Assembly (NCBI RefSeq): GCF_037042905.1
Contig: NC_087245.1
Coordinates: forward strand, 31,436,001-31,500,000
Length of the DNA stretch: 64,000 bases
Source: Lytechinus pictus
Taxonomy: Eukaryota
Reading direction: 5' to 3'
The notes below the pieces were generated by a model. The model was not told where the DNA came from, did no database searches, and worked only from the letters and a program-made list of their open reading frames with translations. Positions 38,901 to 53,242 of this stretch are shown here, piece after piece. Position 1 is the stretch's first letter. Every line of letters begins with the position of its first letter. A program made the translations under genes and the position numbers.

Positions 38901-41900
38901 GACCTTATATAAGAAATGACCAGTGGAGGCGCCACAGTGGGGTGGGGCGAACCAATGGCGTTATGGCAAATTTGGTTAATTACGAATTTTATCTTCTAAA
39001 TGTATTGTCAAACTCTGTCACAAGATTAGCCTTCCGTATAAAGAATTTCAACATTTTGTTCGCTCGCTTTGCTCACTCGAGACTTGTTTAATAACTATAT
39101 CCTACACACCCCTCATATTGGGGGCTTATTCCCCCACTTAAACACAGGGACGTGACTGTGTTGCGCCTTCGTCACCACACTTTCTAAATAGGCCTAACCT
39201 CAACAAACTTGTGAATTAAACATTACAGTACCTGACATTTTAGTAAGTATATAGAATATCAACAAGTCAAAGAGAATCATATTTTTTTATCCAATATCGT
39301 TTTAAATTATTGTTTTAATGAGCCAACTTGATCAGGACGATCAAAGGATGATTAAACAAGCAAATTGAGCATTTTCGTTGAAACGGAAATAATCTTAAGA
39401 TATATCAACTATTAAATAAGGTGAAAGAATGAAGCAAAAATGACGAGTTACATTTATCGTTTTCTTATCTAAGTCTTATGTTTAGATCGTTTTAAATTTT
39501 ACTTGGTTACCAACTTGAAAATTAATTACGTCAAGTCTACTGGAGTCAATATACCTACCCTGTTTCTATGCTCTGTATCCCCTGGTCTCTACTCCTCATG
39601 GTTGCTGATAGATATTAAACTTTCAAAAGAAATTGTCAAAATTTAGACCTATTCTTTCCGAAAGATCAAGCCAAATCATTAAAAAAATCAACAGTTATCA
39701 TAGTATCATTTGCAAAGACGGATCTTGTACGAGGAACAAAGCACACTCCAGGGCTCAAGATAGTATCAGTCTTTCAGAAAGATCAAATTGAATCATCAGA
39801 AATAACATCGGTCTTTATGACAATGTTGCTGTCTAGCGGATGTTGTACGAGAAACATTCGACGCCTCAATCTGGCCACACTTCACTAGGGTCCAAAATGA
39901 TAACAGTATTTCCGAAGGATCATGCCAAATTATCAGAAATAAACATTAATCTTTAGATATCCTTTAGACGTCTCCAAGAGATGGAACTTGTATATACGAG
40001 AAACATTTGGCACCCTAAACCAGGGTCCAATCTCATTCCAGTCAATCTCTTGAACTATGGCGACGTACTCTTTTCCATCGGTAAGACTGAATTCTCTCCT
40101 TTGAGAAGTACTATCCTGATAAAGGAAGAAACCTTCCCGAAATATTATTCCTATTATACACGACTCAAAAAGTGTTTACTAAAGTAATGACGTCTGATGC
40201 TGTGAAATATTATTGATTTGGATTGACGGGTCCTCCATCCCGATTAGTGGTGCATGTTCAAGATGAGTTGACAGTATATCGATGCTTCATCTAACTCTAA
40301 ATGATCGCCAATGCATCAAACATAGTAGAAAAATAATCAATAAATATTGCTCGAGTTGTTGATACGTATCCCGATATTCCCCAAAACACAATAAATGAAA
40401 CAATTCTCCAAACAACGACATGAAAATGGTTTAAAATGCCGAATAAAGTAATATTCGCTCTGGAGGTGGTCCCTAGCTGTACTGTTTTTCTGACCAAGGT
40501 TGCAAAACAGTCTCACTTGTCAAGCTGGTCAAAAGACAATACAAACTAAAACCATGAAACATATCCAAAGGCTTAGATAAATGTTTGACAACCATGGGGG
40601 TATATATACATCTACAAATGTCCGGCATTGTTATCTCTTGTCCGCCAACAAATTCTCCATGTCAATCGACGTAACTTAGCTCCCGCTTAAAAGTCATTTG
40701 GTAAACATTTGAGTTTAATGAAGTCTTCTGTGCAATGACTTGATTGGGGTGTGGGGCAGAGGCGATGGGGGAGGGGTGCTACTCAACGTGGATGCCACAT
40801 CCAGAAATACGTCACAACAGTCAAGATATAAAACATAATCTGTGAGGTTGAGATATATGTTGCATCATCATTATTTGAATAAGAAATCGAATCCCCATTC
40901 TTTTTTCGGTACTTTAAAAAGTCTCATAATTGTAGAAGAATTCGGGTAAAAGTAGATCGATATCTAGAAGAGGCATGACTGCTTATAATCATGTGTAAAA
41001 GTATCTTCTTTATATTTTGAATAATAATTTGGGGGTCCTCTTTTTGTCTTTTTTTTGTTGCATGTTGATTGGGAGGGAGTCGTTGAGTTCGAACGCGTGG
41101 TAGGATGACATTCATGCAAATCTGAATGTTTGAAAACTCATCAAAATCAAAATTCTATTCCCTCATTTTGAAAATGTCTTGAAGTAGAACCCAGTCACTA
41201 GCGTGGTGAACAACCAATTTTTAGGCGGGGGACAGAACATATAGGGCACAACTTTCTTGGAAAAAAATTGCAAGCGAGCAAAAGAATTTACCCTCGTTTT
41301 AAAATTAAAATCTACTTTTGTGATAGATTCTGACATGATCGATATTCAGAAAATTAAATCACATTTTTCCCCTTTTTCATGTCCTTTACTTTCACTTCCT
41401 CCTTCTACTTTGACAGTGAAAACCGTTTTTTCTATTTTAAAGGGGGAGTGTCTGTGCCCCCGTGATAATAAGAAGTGGCCAAATTGTATCAAATAAACCA
41501 TTCGGATTTTCAGGGAAGTACTTGGATGATTTACCGTTGTTGGGGTGGGGTATGCATAGGACGGGAAAATAACAGATGAATAAAAAAAACTGACACTATT
41601 TGCCAAGGCTCTTTCCCGCTGGGGCAAACGGTATCTTAAGACTTTGAGTAAATTTGAAAATCATTTGCCCCTTGTCATATATGGTTTCAGTTGCACCTGA
41701 AGTCGGTGCTGTTATCAAAACGGATTAAAGATGTTAAAAGCATCACCTACATCATGTACATACACTATCTTAGATTATTTAATTGCCATGATTGGACTTA
41801 GTTCGTGGCAACAGCAAGAACTATACGGTCTTCAAGTGACAGAGGTGTACGAAAACCTTTCTTACTTTATTTTCTTAATTCATTCAAATTCCTTAGATTT

Positions 41901-44900
41901 AAATGGATTGCGATCAGGGACCAATCGATTTAGAATTAAATCCTATTCGTTTGAAACTTTCGATCCAATTTTGGATTGGTCACTGACCACAATCTATTAG
42001 ATTGACTTTCAATCTACGGAATTTAGAGAGCTCGTTCCTGATTGACTGAAAGAAACAATTTTGTAATATTATAAACCATATTATGTCAATATTCATACAA
42101 GACTAATATTGACCATCTTCATTAATCTATTCAGAGTCGAAACATTATTCGGGAGAAGAGGCAATTAATTTAAAAAAATGAAAGATAATGAAAAGCAGGG
42201 AAAGGGGGAAACGGATAGCGAAAACCAATTGAGAAACAGATAAAAAGAACGAAAGGAACGAATAAAACGCTCGCTTGCTTTGCTCTCTAAATCAGTGATT
42301 TTCCATTTTCTTCATTTATAAATTCCAAACATAAACCAGTTTTTTTCTACTTATCATTCTCGTAAATCGTTTGTGATATTTGGCAGACTTACGAAATCGA
42401 ACGCCAAGTTTATCTCGAAACAGATATTTTTTTTATTCCTCCGCTTAATGTCTTCCCTATCTGCCTATATTAGCTAGAAATTATTATTGCTGACTTTGCA
42501 GCAGCATATCACATTTGGACACAGAGGTGCGCGACAGGAGGCAATCGGCGACCTCTTTTATTGGGGGTGTTGTTGGGTCGAGCCAAATAAAATAGAAAAA
42601 ATAGGAGAGGAGAAATGAGGAAGAAATTGTTTAAAAGGGAGTAAAAAAAGAGAATCTGGGCCTGCAACCCCGACATCTTTATAGGTCGGCTTGTCCCCCT
42701 TCCTGAATCATATTTACAGAAAGTTGATGCATCCCCTGTTTGGGTAACAGGTGCTTATTCCATTTTACAAAACCAGTCGGGTGACGACATAGGCCTTGAT
42801 TAATATGCATTTCTTTGTCTTGTTCCTATTACTAGTAAGTATAAGGTTTTTATAGCTCGCAAGGAAAGTAAGTAAATAGAGCATATTCGACAAAACGTAA
42901 TATTGTCCAGGTATATTGATAAAATAATACATTAGTATGGGCCTATGGTGTATTTTGATATAATAACAACACTTCTTCAACCATGGCACTGGAGGACTAT
43001 ATGGATATATTCTAATCGCTCGCTTAGCTCTCGTTTCAGATTTATATGCCTTTGAAAACCAAACGATTTCGGTGAGGAATGTGAAGTATTTAAATGTTTT
43101 ATGTAACCTATAATTTCCAAATGTGTCAGGGAGGCGCAATGCCAATTTGTACGGTAACCTTGACAGAGCCGACACCAGCGTAATTTAATCAAAGAGGACT
43201 TAAATTTTTCTGCTCGAAAAAATGCGGGCATTATAATTATAGTTTCACGACCCAGAAATACTTCCAATAACTTCCTTTCCTTGTCTTTTTTACTTAAAAG
43301 AATGGGCGGCCGTCCCTTGCCTCCACTTTGGCCCCGCCCTTTAAAAGAGATACCGCTTTTCCCCATCTGTTCTCCTGAGTTTTTTTTTTGTTATACATTC
43401 CGGTCAAACCTGTCTTAGCAGCCTCTTGTCTAAGAGGCCTAGAGAAAATCCGTCTTTATTGGCTATCAAAATTTTCTTTCATTATTCTGAAAGAAATGTG
43501 TTAATTTAGAACATGTCTATATTACGGCCCCTCTCTCCATTGGCCGCTTTTGTTTGACTGGACTTGCAACAGAAACTTCCAAGAGACCAAACTAAAATGC
43601 TTGTTTCAAACATCAATAACATGTTAGATTTTGTCCGCTTTAGCTTTCTTTTCAAAGTGAATTTCTATCAGAGTTGTGACGAAAACAGGGTGTTTTAAAT
43701 AGTCCCTATTGCATGTGTCTATTTTAAATTATTCTAAGAATTTTCACATAATTATAAAACATTTTCCAACGATAGATTAAGCCTATAATCAAGTAAGAAA
43801 CCCGGGCAAGAAACAATTACTGCAATTATACTTACGTTTTCCCCAATGTTGGGTTGACCGCCTCTAGATTGACCTCTGAACTTTTAACTTTCTTGCTATA
43901 CATCTTGCATGGAACACAAGTCTTCGAAATAATAAATGAAAATGTCATTAAATGGTTAGAGCTTCATGAGCTCAGAATCATGTGCGGCATGTATTGATAT
44001 CTTTGTCTATAATAAGCAGCTGATCCATATTTGTTGGCTGATTATCATAGAAAGTACGAAGTAGATGTTGCTACCACGAGAGAAATAGATCATCTAGCTC
44101 TAATAATTGTTTTTCAGAAGTTGCAAAACAAATTGCTGTCAGAAATTATCTTGTATTCCAAAGTGTTAGGAATGCATGTACTTTTCCAGAGTCAGTAGAC
44201 AGTGGGTCTAGCTCTTTATTCTTGAGATGCACGTAATGATATTTTCAAACTAACATGAAAGCTTCGATGGTTCCGATTCTGAATGATATAGTTTCCATGT
44301 CAACGTTTCGATGTTATCGACGCCTCCGCCTCTCTACTCTCATGTGCTACTGATTCCATCATCTCGTCTATTCATGTTTTACATGACAAGGATTCACCTG
44401 ACACGGGCCACGCTGACAAATTAAGCTCCATTAATTAGTGAAAACATTCAGTCCCTCTCATTGTTATTAGGTCAAACTTCAGATCAGCACACTTTCTGAT
44501 GAATGCGATGTTTCGATCACTTTACATCATGGTCTGATATGTAGGTTGTAAAGACTGCTAGTGGTATATCAATAATCAAAATGAGTTGCACTCCACATTA
44601 ATAGTCATATTATTAGCAAATGTTGTTATATTCCATTGGCATTTCCGTTTAAAACTCTCTCCAGATCCAATAGGTCTAATGTTTAGAGTAGATTGTAACA
44701 GAGGGCTAAATTAGAAAGATGAAACCGTCGGTGAATTCGATTGCCATGCTAATCCTTCGAATTGTTCCTGATCCCTGATATGAAGGTCGCATGCCATTAT
44801 TGAAATGAGATTTGAAATCCATGGATATATACCACGCTTATATGGCACGCTTGGGTGATATCATTTGCTATTGTCCTCCCGATATGCTTGCACTGTGGTG

Positions 44901-47327
44901 AAAATGAATTATCATTATCATCTACGCGTGAAGCGTGTCATCACTAAGCAAGTTCGATATTATTATAATTATATACCCCGTCCCTGCAAAGTTTTACGGC
45001 AATGCCATATCAAGAAAGTTCCGTTGATGATAATTTCTGTGTATTCCGAGCTGCAAAGCTTTGATCCATCCCCAGGATCTGAAGAAGCTCCAACTATGGT
45101 CCTTCGACTCCTTCTTATTTTGTTGTATATCTGTGACTTTTTTCCGCAGGGCTTTAGAGAGTTTACGGAAAACTTGTTATTGTGCCCCCATCGAGAGACC
45201 CCCGTCTATATCGACCAATCGATTGGTTATAATTCGTGAAAGGGTTTAAAAGGAACATGCTTTTGTTTGGTGGTGAATTGTCATGATTGAAATGTCATTG
45301 TCAGAGAGGGTGACAAGAGCAAAGAATCCAGTCCCTTTTGTCGAGGATGAGCTGTACAAGGTTCAAGAGGTTTCGAAGCCAATGAAATACTGGAGTGAAG
45401 TGTGGGGTATCCAAGCCAGATGAAGAGCTCTTTCGTTGATGAGGACTCTGTTTGTGAAATAGATGACAGCTCTGAAGAGAAAGGATAAAAGTGAAAGAGG
45501 AGGGGAGAGTGAGTGTGTGTGATGAGAGGAGAATGAGAGAGCTAGAGAAAATAAAGAGAGAAGGAAAGAGATGGATATTAAAAGTAAATAAATAGATTCT
45601 GCTTAAATCTTCTACCATTATTATCATGTACATTATTTCTCGAAAGCAAATGTGTCCTAATTTCTAATTTAATGCTCCGACTCTTATAATATTTATTTCT
45701 TAAAAGTTCCCTCATATCATATTTCTTATATACCCTATTTTGTCTTTCTTTCACGCACATTTTAAAAGCTGTATATTTAGGCCACTCATGTTAAATTATT
45801 ATTAATATCAGTGAATATAACCAAATGCGGATAAAGAAATAATCCATGGCACGAAGAATATACCTCAAACTACTATAAAACGTAATTTTTAGCGGAGTTC
45901 GAATTGATTTATACTTTTAAAACATTTTGTCCATCACCATCATCATTAAAGAGAAACTTACATGAACACTTCCTTAAATACACACAATCTGGAGAAAAAA
46001 TTCAGCATCTAAAGATGTATGACGACAAAGAATGAGAAGAGGGGGGGGGGGGTAACGGCCAGAAAAAAGGCAAAAATACATAATATACATTACCTTCGTT
46101 GATATTTCCATGTGGCAATTATATAACTTCAACTCACTAAGGCAGAGGCAAGCACTTTCTTTCTCCGAAGAATCATGTACATGTAACATTACACTACTTT
46201 ACAAAATATAGTATTTGCGGGTCGCGAAATTCGAAACGATTTCTATGCACGTATTTGATAGATAAACGGTTGTCATGGTTTTCGGTATACAATCATGATG
46301 TACATCCCGTGTCCTTTCGACGAAAGGTCAAATGTCAAGCTCGAGGCGAAGTCTTTTGGAGTTTGGGATGTCGCTCAGGAGGGACCAAGTTCATTCGATA
46401 CGGTCCCTTTCTCGCCCCACATGAGACGATTGGGAAAATCCATTCAGTGCGTCAGTGGTCTGCTTAAACCTTTTCTTAACATTATTCAAACATAAACAAT
46501 AAAATATATATTCCTATTATTACCAGACCAATACACTAATAAAAACGAAACAACAGTGAACAACACTAAGGTCTCATTTTTTTCATTCTCGTTATGCAAA
46601 GCGTATTATGTTTCAGTATGATCAGTAGCGAAATGAGCCCCCACCTCCCAATGAAAAAAGAGGGGGGGGGGTCATATATGGCGGATGAAACAAAAGCTCT
46701 CCAAAGATACGAGCAATCCAGCGAGATTTTTTTTTTTTTAAATGACCTTTTTAAAAAATATATATTTTTGTTAATAGATTTTGACGGAATATAAAAAAGT
46801 ATATTTCAATCTTTACTGTTCCTTTCCCTCAATTTTTCAGTTTTCGTGGTCGTTAATCTTTTTGAGGTCATTATATAATCCTACCAAAACATGTATCGTG
46901 ACAAAAAGAAATGAGATCACGTTAACAGGAATGAGTAACGAAAAAAAAATATTCAAAAATGCGTTCAATAAGAGTAGGGCTCTTCCATGATGATCTCGGC
47001 AAAAAAAAAAGAGAACTACAATATCTGCTCTGAAATCCTAGATTAAGAACATATTACACAGAAAATACTGTACCAACTGGATCAAAATGCAAGACCCCCA
47101 TTCCAATATTTTTTTATTACATTAAAAGGCACTCAGAAAATACTTCACCGATTGGGATTTATGATTCAAGATTCAAATTTTGACCCCCATTTCAATGTCA
47201 TTTCTTATGTGTATTATTTTGAAATAGATTCTTCAGAAGATAGACAGTAATGTATGTTCAACCGTTTCGTTATTTAAGGACGATTGTCCGAGTCGTTTTC
47301 TAATAAACAGTGACAATGATGACTTGT

Positions 47328-47341
47328 GTTACCATGGCAAC
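47328..47341. promoter_or_regulatory. Consensus RFX X-box
   Basis: GTTACCATGGCAAC; target gene not established. Confidence 0.45.
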
Positions 47342-47544
47342 GGCCTCCTTCGCCGATCATGCACAAAGTTCCCTCTTGCTTTTTCTTTCACGTTCTACTT
47401 TTCCCAGGTACAACTTTCCTGCTTTCTATCACATCCCTCTCGGCTTCTCACTTTATCCCCCCCCCCCCCTCTCTCTCTCCCTCTTTCTAGGTTTCTAGCT
47501 CGCTCTCTCTAGCTTACTCTCTTTTCTCCCCTCTACTTAACTCC

Positions 47545-48416
47545 TCTTGATTTTTCCGACACCACTCTATCTTTACACAAGTATAAACCAGGTGTTGGTA
47601 AGTGCATCTCCAATTGCTTCTATCAATCAGTGGAGACTTTTCCATTTGTACTTCCACTAGTGAAGTAACACAAAATTGAGCTTCGCAATACACAAAGCAT
47701 CCACATGCACACTGCCTGTCCACTATTGTGGCGAAAGAAATGATTTGATAAAAATAACTGTTAATATATTTAGGGTCCCGTTTCCTAAAGACTTGTCATT
47801 AAATATTTCTTTGACAAATTTTCTCTCAGTCAATCAGATTGAAGGATTTCAGTAGCTTTTAACAGTTATTGCAAAATGCAAATTTGTTATTATACAAGTT
47901 TAATGAAACGGGCCCAATGTGTCTATAGTGGAGCAAGTTTTGGCATACTCGGAGCCACACGCTACTCACTCCACCAACTTTTCATATCGTGAACATAAAA
48001 CAGGCTATTGTGACATGCTTTCGTATCAGTCCACTATTGGATGTACAAATCGAAAAGCACCTCCTGAGTGATGAAAGCAAATGGAGATGCACTTACTGAC
48101 ACCTGGGGCCCGTCTTACAAAGACTTGCAATTGATCCAATCAATCGCAACTATGGAAAGCCAGCAAAGTCAACGTATGATATGCATGTTTGTTCAAAAAG
48201 AATTCTAGATATGAATGTATATCCATAAAGTCATTGATTTCTTGACAATTTTGGTGTGTTTTCCTTTGTTTACAAAGGACATTTTGCAAATTTCCTATAG
48301 AAAAAATTATGACACTGATGGATTTCCATAGAGTTACGATTGATTGGATCATTTGTAACTCTTTGTAAGACAGGGCCCAGGTTTATACTTATACAAAGGG
48401 TGGTGTCGGAAAATGA
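47545..48416. mobile_element. Larger inverted-repeat element hosting two MITEs (47772-47915 and 48106-48377)
   Basis: 47551-47665 is the reverse complement of 48031-48105 plus 48381-48413. Confidence 0.75.
48106..48377. mobile_element. Harbinger-like MITE nested in a larger inverted-repeat element
   Basis: Same family as 11900-12169; flanks CTG/CAG. Confidence 0.85.
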
Positions 48417-48706
48417 GACAGTGGATAACAGTAAGTCCCTATTAATTTTAATACTGCTGCCACAATAACTACATTAATAGGTCAAACCAATTTGCCGTAG
48501 AACCATTACCCATCAGGCGATGTAAAAAACAATCCTCACCCACTCTTCCTATTTGCCCACAGACCCTAAGATGATGACGTGCAAATATTTGCAAACCTTC
48601 TTGGATTGTATACTACCCATGAAGCTTGCTAAGAAAGAGTATTATTTACCTCACGCGTAAAATGGTGTTGACTGGTGTACATAGAGTGGAGTATGTGGTA
48701 ATATGT

Positions 48707-48983
48707 GGAGCATTGTGGCCCAGTGGATTAGTCTTCGGACTTTGAAACAGAGGGTCGTGGGTTCGAATCCCAGCCATGGCGTAATTTCCTTCGGCAAGAA
48801 ACTGATCCACAATGTGCTGCACTCAACCCAGGTGAGGTAAATGGGTACCGGTAGGAAGTAATTCCTTAAAAAGCTGTGTGCGCTATGAACGCCTAGCTTA
48901 GCCGGGTAATATAGGAGCGCCTTGAGCACCTAACAAGGTGGATATGTGCGCAATATAAATACCCTATATTATTATTATTATTA
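48707..48983 (+). mobile_element. tRNA-derived SINE, full length
   Basis: A box TGGCCCAGTGG, B box GGTTCGAATCC, core gctgcactcaacccaggtg...aatgggtacc, (TTA)n tail. Confidence 0.9.
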
Positions 48984-50069
48984 GAGAACCACACTGGTCA
49001 TTTCACTCCAGTCTCCAGAGTCAGAATTTAAGTGTTAGTTAAACACCCATGGTTGTTATTACACACATGGTGTTACTACAACATCTTTGGTCATATATAC
49101 TCTTTGGTGTTATGTTCAAACTCTTGGGTATGATTTTTAAAACCTGAAGTTGTGGTGTTCTAGGGATAAAAACTGGTGTCATTTTTAACACCCAAGTATA
49201 ACTGCTGAATGACTGCGGGTATAGAAGTAAATTTTAAAAATACAAGAAACCAGCAATATACACAGTCCAATTAATTTTGATAGTTATTTTTATTTTCTGA
49301 AATATATCGTCTCATACATCGGATACAACAATTTTTTTCTTTTACCATTGCATCATCCTGATTTCGTTAAGCACAATTCAAATACAGTACACAAAGAAAA
49401 CCTATGGAAGAATAAACAATAAATAATATAATCTGCTATCATTTACAAAAGAACCACATCAAAATATCTTACATCAAATAAAATGAATGAGCTTCTTTAA
49501 AGTTCATACAATAGATTTTTTTAAATGATAGAAAAATCTGCTATAATTTACAAAAGAATTGCAATATAAAATATCTTACAGTAACTAAAATATGATATTT
49601 TCTTAAAATTTCATAGAACAGATAAAAAATAGAAAAATAAAATTTGAATATTGATAATAATCAAAGCACACTTAGTTGATGAAATCACTAAGTCAATTAT
49701 CATGGCATGCATATAGTTACACTTAAAAAATAACCCTTTTCTTAAAAAAGAAAGATCTTAGATAAAACACCTTCACCTCAATGAAATATGCATTATTTAC
49801 AAAGTAATGATATGTAATACTATTTGAATATATACCCTTTCTCAAAACCCATATCATCACTGACCATTTCATGAATAGAACTCTGAATTGAGCAAGGAAT
49901 TCGATTGATCATAAATCACAAACATACATCATCTACATGTATCATATACAAATTTGAATATTCAACAAACAAGAATGAAATTCATTTCAAAGGCACAGCT
50001 CGGTAAAAAAATTATATTGCAATGATATAACATGAGACACTTAGACAAATCAAGTATAATAAATCAATT

Positions 50070-50275
50070 ATAGGGCAATGCTATATAATGATCAACCTTT
50101 TGTACGTCCGACCCCCATTTTTCTCAAGTCTTAATTCACTTCATCAACTGACCAAGTCATGGTCTTTTGAGAACATTACAGACTGTCAAAAGAACAAGAA
50201 ATCAGAGACAGAAAATTTCATGAAGGTCCTACATAAAGGGGGTCGGACATACATATTTTATGGAATTGCCCTATA
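50070..50275. mobile_element. Small MITE
   Basis: tagggcaat...gtccgacccc / ggggtcggac...attgcccta. Confidence 0.6.
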
Positions 50276-50522
50276 GTAAAGTCACTAGAAAAAAAAATCA
50301 GTTTAAAAATCCTTACCTTGATTTATAATAGTTTAAATTCTAAATTCATGGTAACAATTATGGCATGCACTGCTGTAGAGGAAATGAAAATAGATTTCTT
50401 AAATAAAAACAATGAATTTAAAGACAATTGCATTTTCATCCTGGCACGGCTCATTATTAAGTAGATTAATTCATTCTTTCATTATGGTTTTACACATCAG
50501 CTCACATATCATATTTCAACTT

Positions 50523-50870
50523 TGGAATAGGTGATCAACCTAATTCAGGTTGTGACTCTGTTATCCATGGACCATGGCGGTCTTTCATACAGCTGCCAAT
50601 AGGGTGGCCAAGAATGCTGTCCCTTTATGGGGTTCTATGCAAATCATGTTGATTCCCAATAGCTTAAGTTTATATTTGAGCCCCGTCTTACAAAGATGGA
50701 ATAGGTGATCAAACTAATTCAGGTTGTGACTCTGTTATCCATGGACCATGGCGGTCTTTCATACAGCTGCCAATAGGGTGGCCAAGAATGCTGTCCCTTT
50801 ATGGGGTTCTATGCAAATCATGTTGTTTCCCAATAGCTTAAGTTTATATTTGAGCCCCGTCTTACAAAGA
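50523..50870. repeat. Near-identical 174-bp direct tandem duplication
   Basis: tggaataggtgatcaa...gagccccgtcttacaaaga starts at 50523 and 50697. Confidence 0.93.
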
Positions 50871-51254
50871 ATTACCATTGACCTGATCAACCTCAACTAC
50901 ACGGCAATTCATTATCATCATAATTTTTCCAACACGAAACTTGCATATTTAAAAACAAAGAGGAGCACACTAAAAAGTCAACATGGTGATGAATGTATGA
51001 AAATACATCATATCTAGAAATCAATTTGAACAAACATGCATCGCAGATGTTGACCCAGGCAAGGTGATGGTTACCCGGTAGGATTTATTCCTTTAAAACT
51101 TTTATAGCAAACTATTTTTTAGTTAGGAGTCTACCTGCACCTTTAAATGTTTCAAATATGATGGTTGCATCAAACTGCCATGAATCATTAGCATAGGGGG
51201 CAGTGTTATGAGAAAAAAAATTCTGTATCCATCTTAGTGCATAAAAACATTAAA

Positions 51255-51410
51255 TAAACTGGGTTCCAAAAGAAATCTATCAGACTTTACAATGGCACTA
51301 CACACAAGAAAAGATTATTGAAGTGTAAAGATATTGTTCAGTTTGACAAAGCGGAATTTGTGCAGTGCCCTTATAAAGTTTGATAAATTTCTTTTGGAAC
51401 CCAGTTTATA
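51255..51410. mobile_element. Small MITE / inverted repeat
   Basis: taaactgggttccaaaagaaat...atttcttttggaacccagttta. Confidence 0.7.
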
Positions 51411-51524
51411 TTTGATATTCTTGATCATTTATTTCAAGGGATGGCAAGTAACAATCGTTTGCAGGTCTTTTAACTAATGAAACACTCAGAAATAGTTTGT
51501 GACAATTCAAATAAAACAGACTCA

Positions 51525-51700
51525 GTCCACACTGTGCTGCACTCGACCCAGGTGATGTGAATGGGTACCCGGCAGGAGTAATTCCTTGAATGCCCTGAGC
51601 GCCGGTGATGGTAGCTCGAGCTAAAGCCGGGGTAATAATAGCAAGCGCTTTGTATCCTCAGGCAAAAAGTGCTATTTAAATCCAGCTATTATTATTATTA
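51525..51700 (+). mobile_element. 5'-truncated SINE of the same superfamily
   Basis: tgtgctgcactcgacccaggtg...aatgggtacccggcagg...gccggggtaataat...attattattatt. Confidence 0.8.
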
Positions 51701-53074
51701 CAGTGTAATGTGATCACTGTTGTCCAGTGGCACAAAACTACACAATCAATTCTTCAATTACTTGTCACTGTGAGGCTATAAAAAACCACGAAAAACAAAA
51801 AATCAAAATAATACTACAGGCCTTTGAGATGCAATCCCTCATTGCAATTGATATATGGCTGTTCTTTCGAATATGAATTTGAGGTGGAAATAAGGCAAGA
51901 TTTGGTCTGTTTCCTAGAAGAGAATAATGGTTTATTAAAACCCATACCCAGATGACAATAAAGTAGCAAGTACATCCTTGATAAATAGACTATTGGGTGT
52001 GAAAAATCATCATCCATAACAATTTACGGATCCGACCCTACAGGAACCAAAATACATTCCCATGAACAACAATGAGTTGTTTAGTACAATACATGCTTCA
52101 AGATAACCTTAGAAGAACTACTGTGAGGATAAGGATGATTTAAGTGTTATTGGATGATTTAAGTGAGGACAAGGATGATTTAAGTAGTATTGCAGTTCAT
52201 GATCTAAGTTGATCAAAGCTTTGGAAAAGTATGTCAGTTAAAAGTACTTTAAGAGTTATTAACATGTTTTGCATATTCAGGTCTGAAATAATGCTTTGAG
52301 TTTTGACTTATTTGACTTATGCAGTCTTATATTATATTGATGTATTATTTGATGGCATGTACCTTACCAGGATTTTAGAAGCATTCTTGCATCAAGGTAA
52401 AGAATGCCAAAGCCCTGAGATTGGCAGATCACTGCATACGCAGGGCATCATTCGTGAAACATATAATCAATGATTTCCTTGCATGTGATTGGCTAACAGC
52501 GTATTTATCTGTGAGAACCACCGATTTGTTTCATGAAAAACTCCCCAGGTCTGCAAGTGGTAGAGCGGTAAGGTCTCAGAAAAACGAATTGCAAGATGGT
52601 TGTCGGAGATTGCACCAAGAGATGATTTTCATGAACAAAGTCTTATGCTGGATGTCTCCTTCTACAGTTGTCAGTGAAAGTGTGGTAATAATGGCAAGAA
52701 ATTCTAGGGTCTCAGACACTGATATTGAGTGTATGCTCTGTGAAATTCCATCAGAACCATGTGATTGTCTAGGATGCTCCTAGTTGTGATCATCATCGAG
52801 AAATACACCATTGTAGCTTTTGTCAATACTCAAAGCTTGCTGTTCCTGCATGTTAACGTGACTGTCTTGGACACCACTAGGCATGAGCATCAAGGAATGT
52901 TCTTCAAAGCTCCAACTTGGGCATTCCAGTGGATCATAGTGTATCAATGTCAGAGTGCACAATGGTGAGAGAGGATGTCTCCATCAAAAGCATCAAGCTC
53001 TACAGGTGGCACAGTGACAACTTGAAGGGGTCCCAAGAGACATCCCTGTGGGACACCTTTAGAAGTGTCACCCA

Positions 53075-53242
53075 TCAAAGTCCAAGGCTAGGTGTCACCA
53101 CCTGCACAGTCGGTGCGATGGTGGTGGCAGGGATCTGTGGGGTATCCGACACATCCTGCAGGATGATCTTGGTGGCAAAGGCAAGAGCTATGGCTACGAT
53201 GGTGGTGAAGACGGAAGAGTAGCTCAACTCAAATCCAAACAC
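53075..53242 (-). CDS. GRL-like last coding exon (TM7)
   Basis: tgccag|VFGFELSYSSVFTTIVAIALAFATKIILQDV...PSLGL*. Confidence 0.85.
   Translation of the reverse strand: MFGFELSYSSVFTTIVAIALAFATKIILQDVSDTPQIPATTIAPTVQVVTPSLGL

Noticed and set aside
48707..48780. tRNA gene
   Set aside because: It is the head of a SINE, continuing into a conserved core and (TTA)n tail, with a second copy at 21270-21566.
52421..53222. + strand ORFs
   Set aside because: Antisense to the GRL last exon and 3' UTR, partly inside a MITE, with no recognisable motifs.
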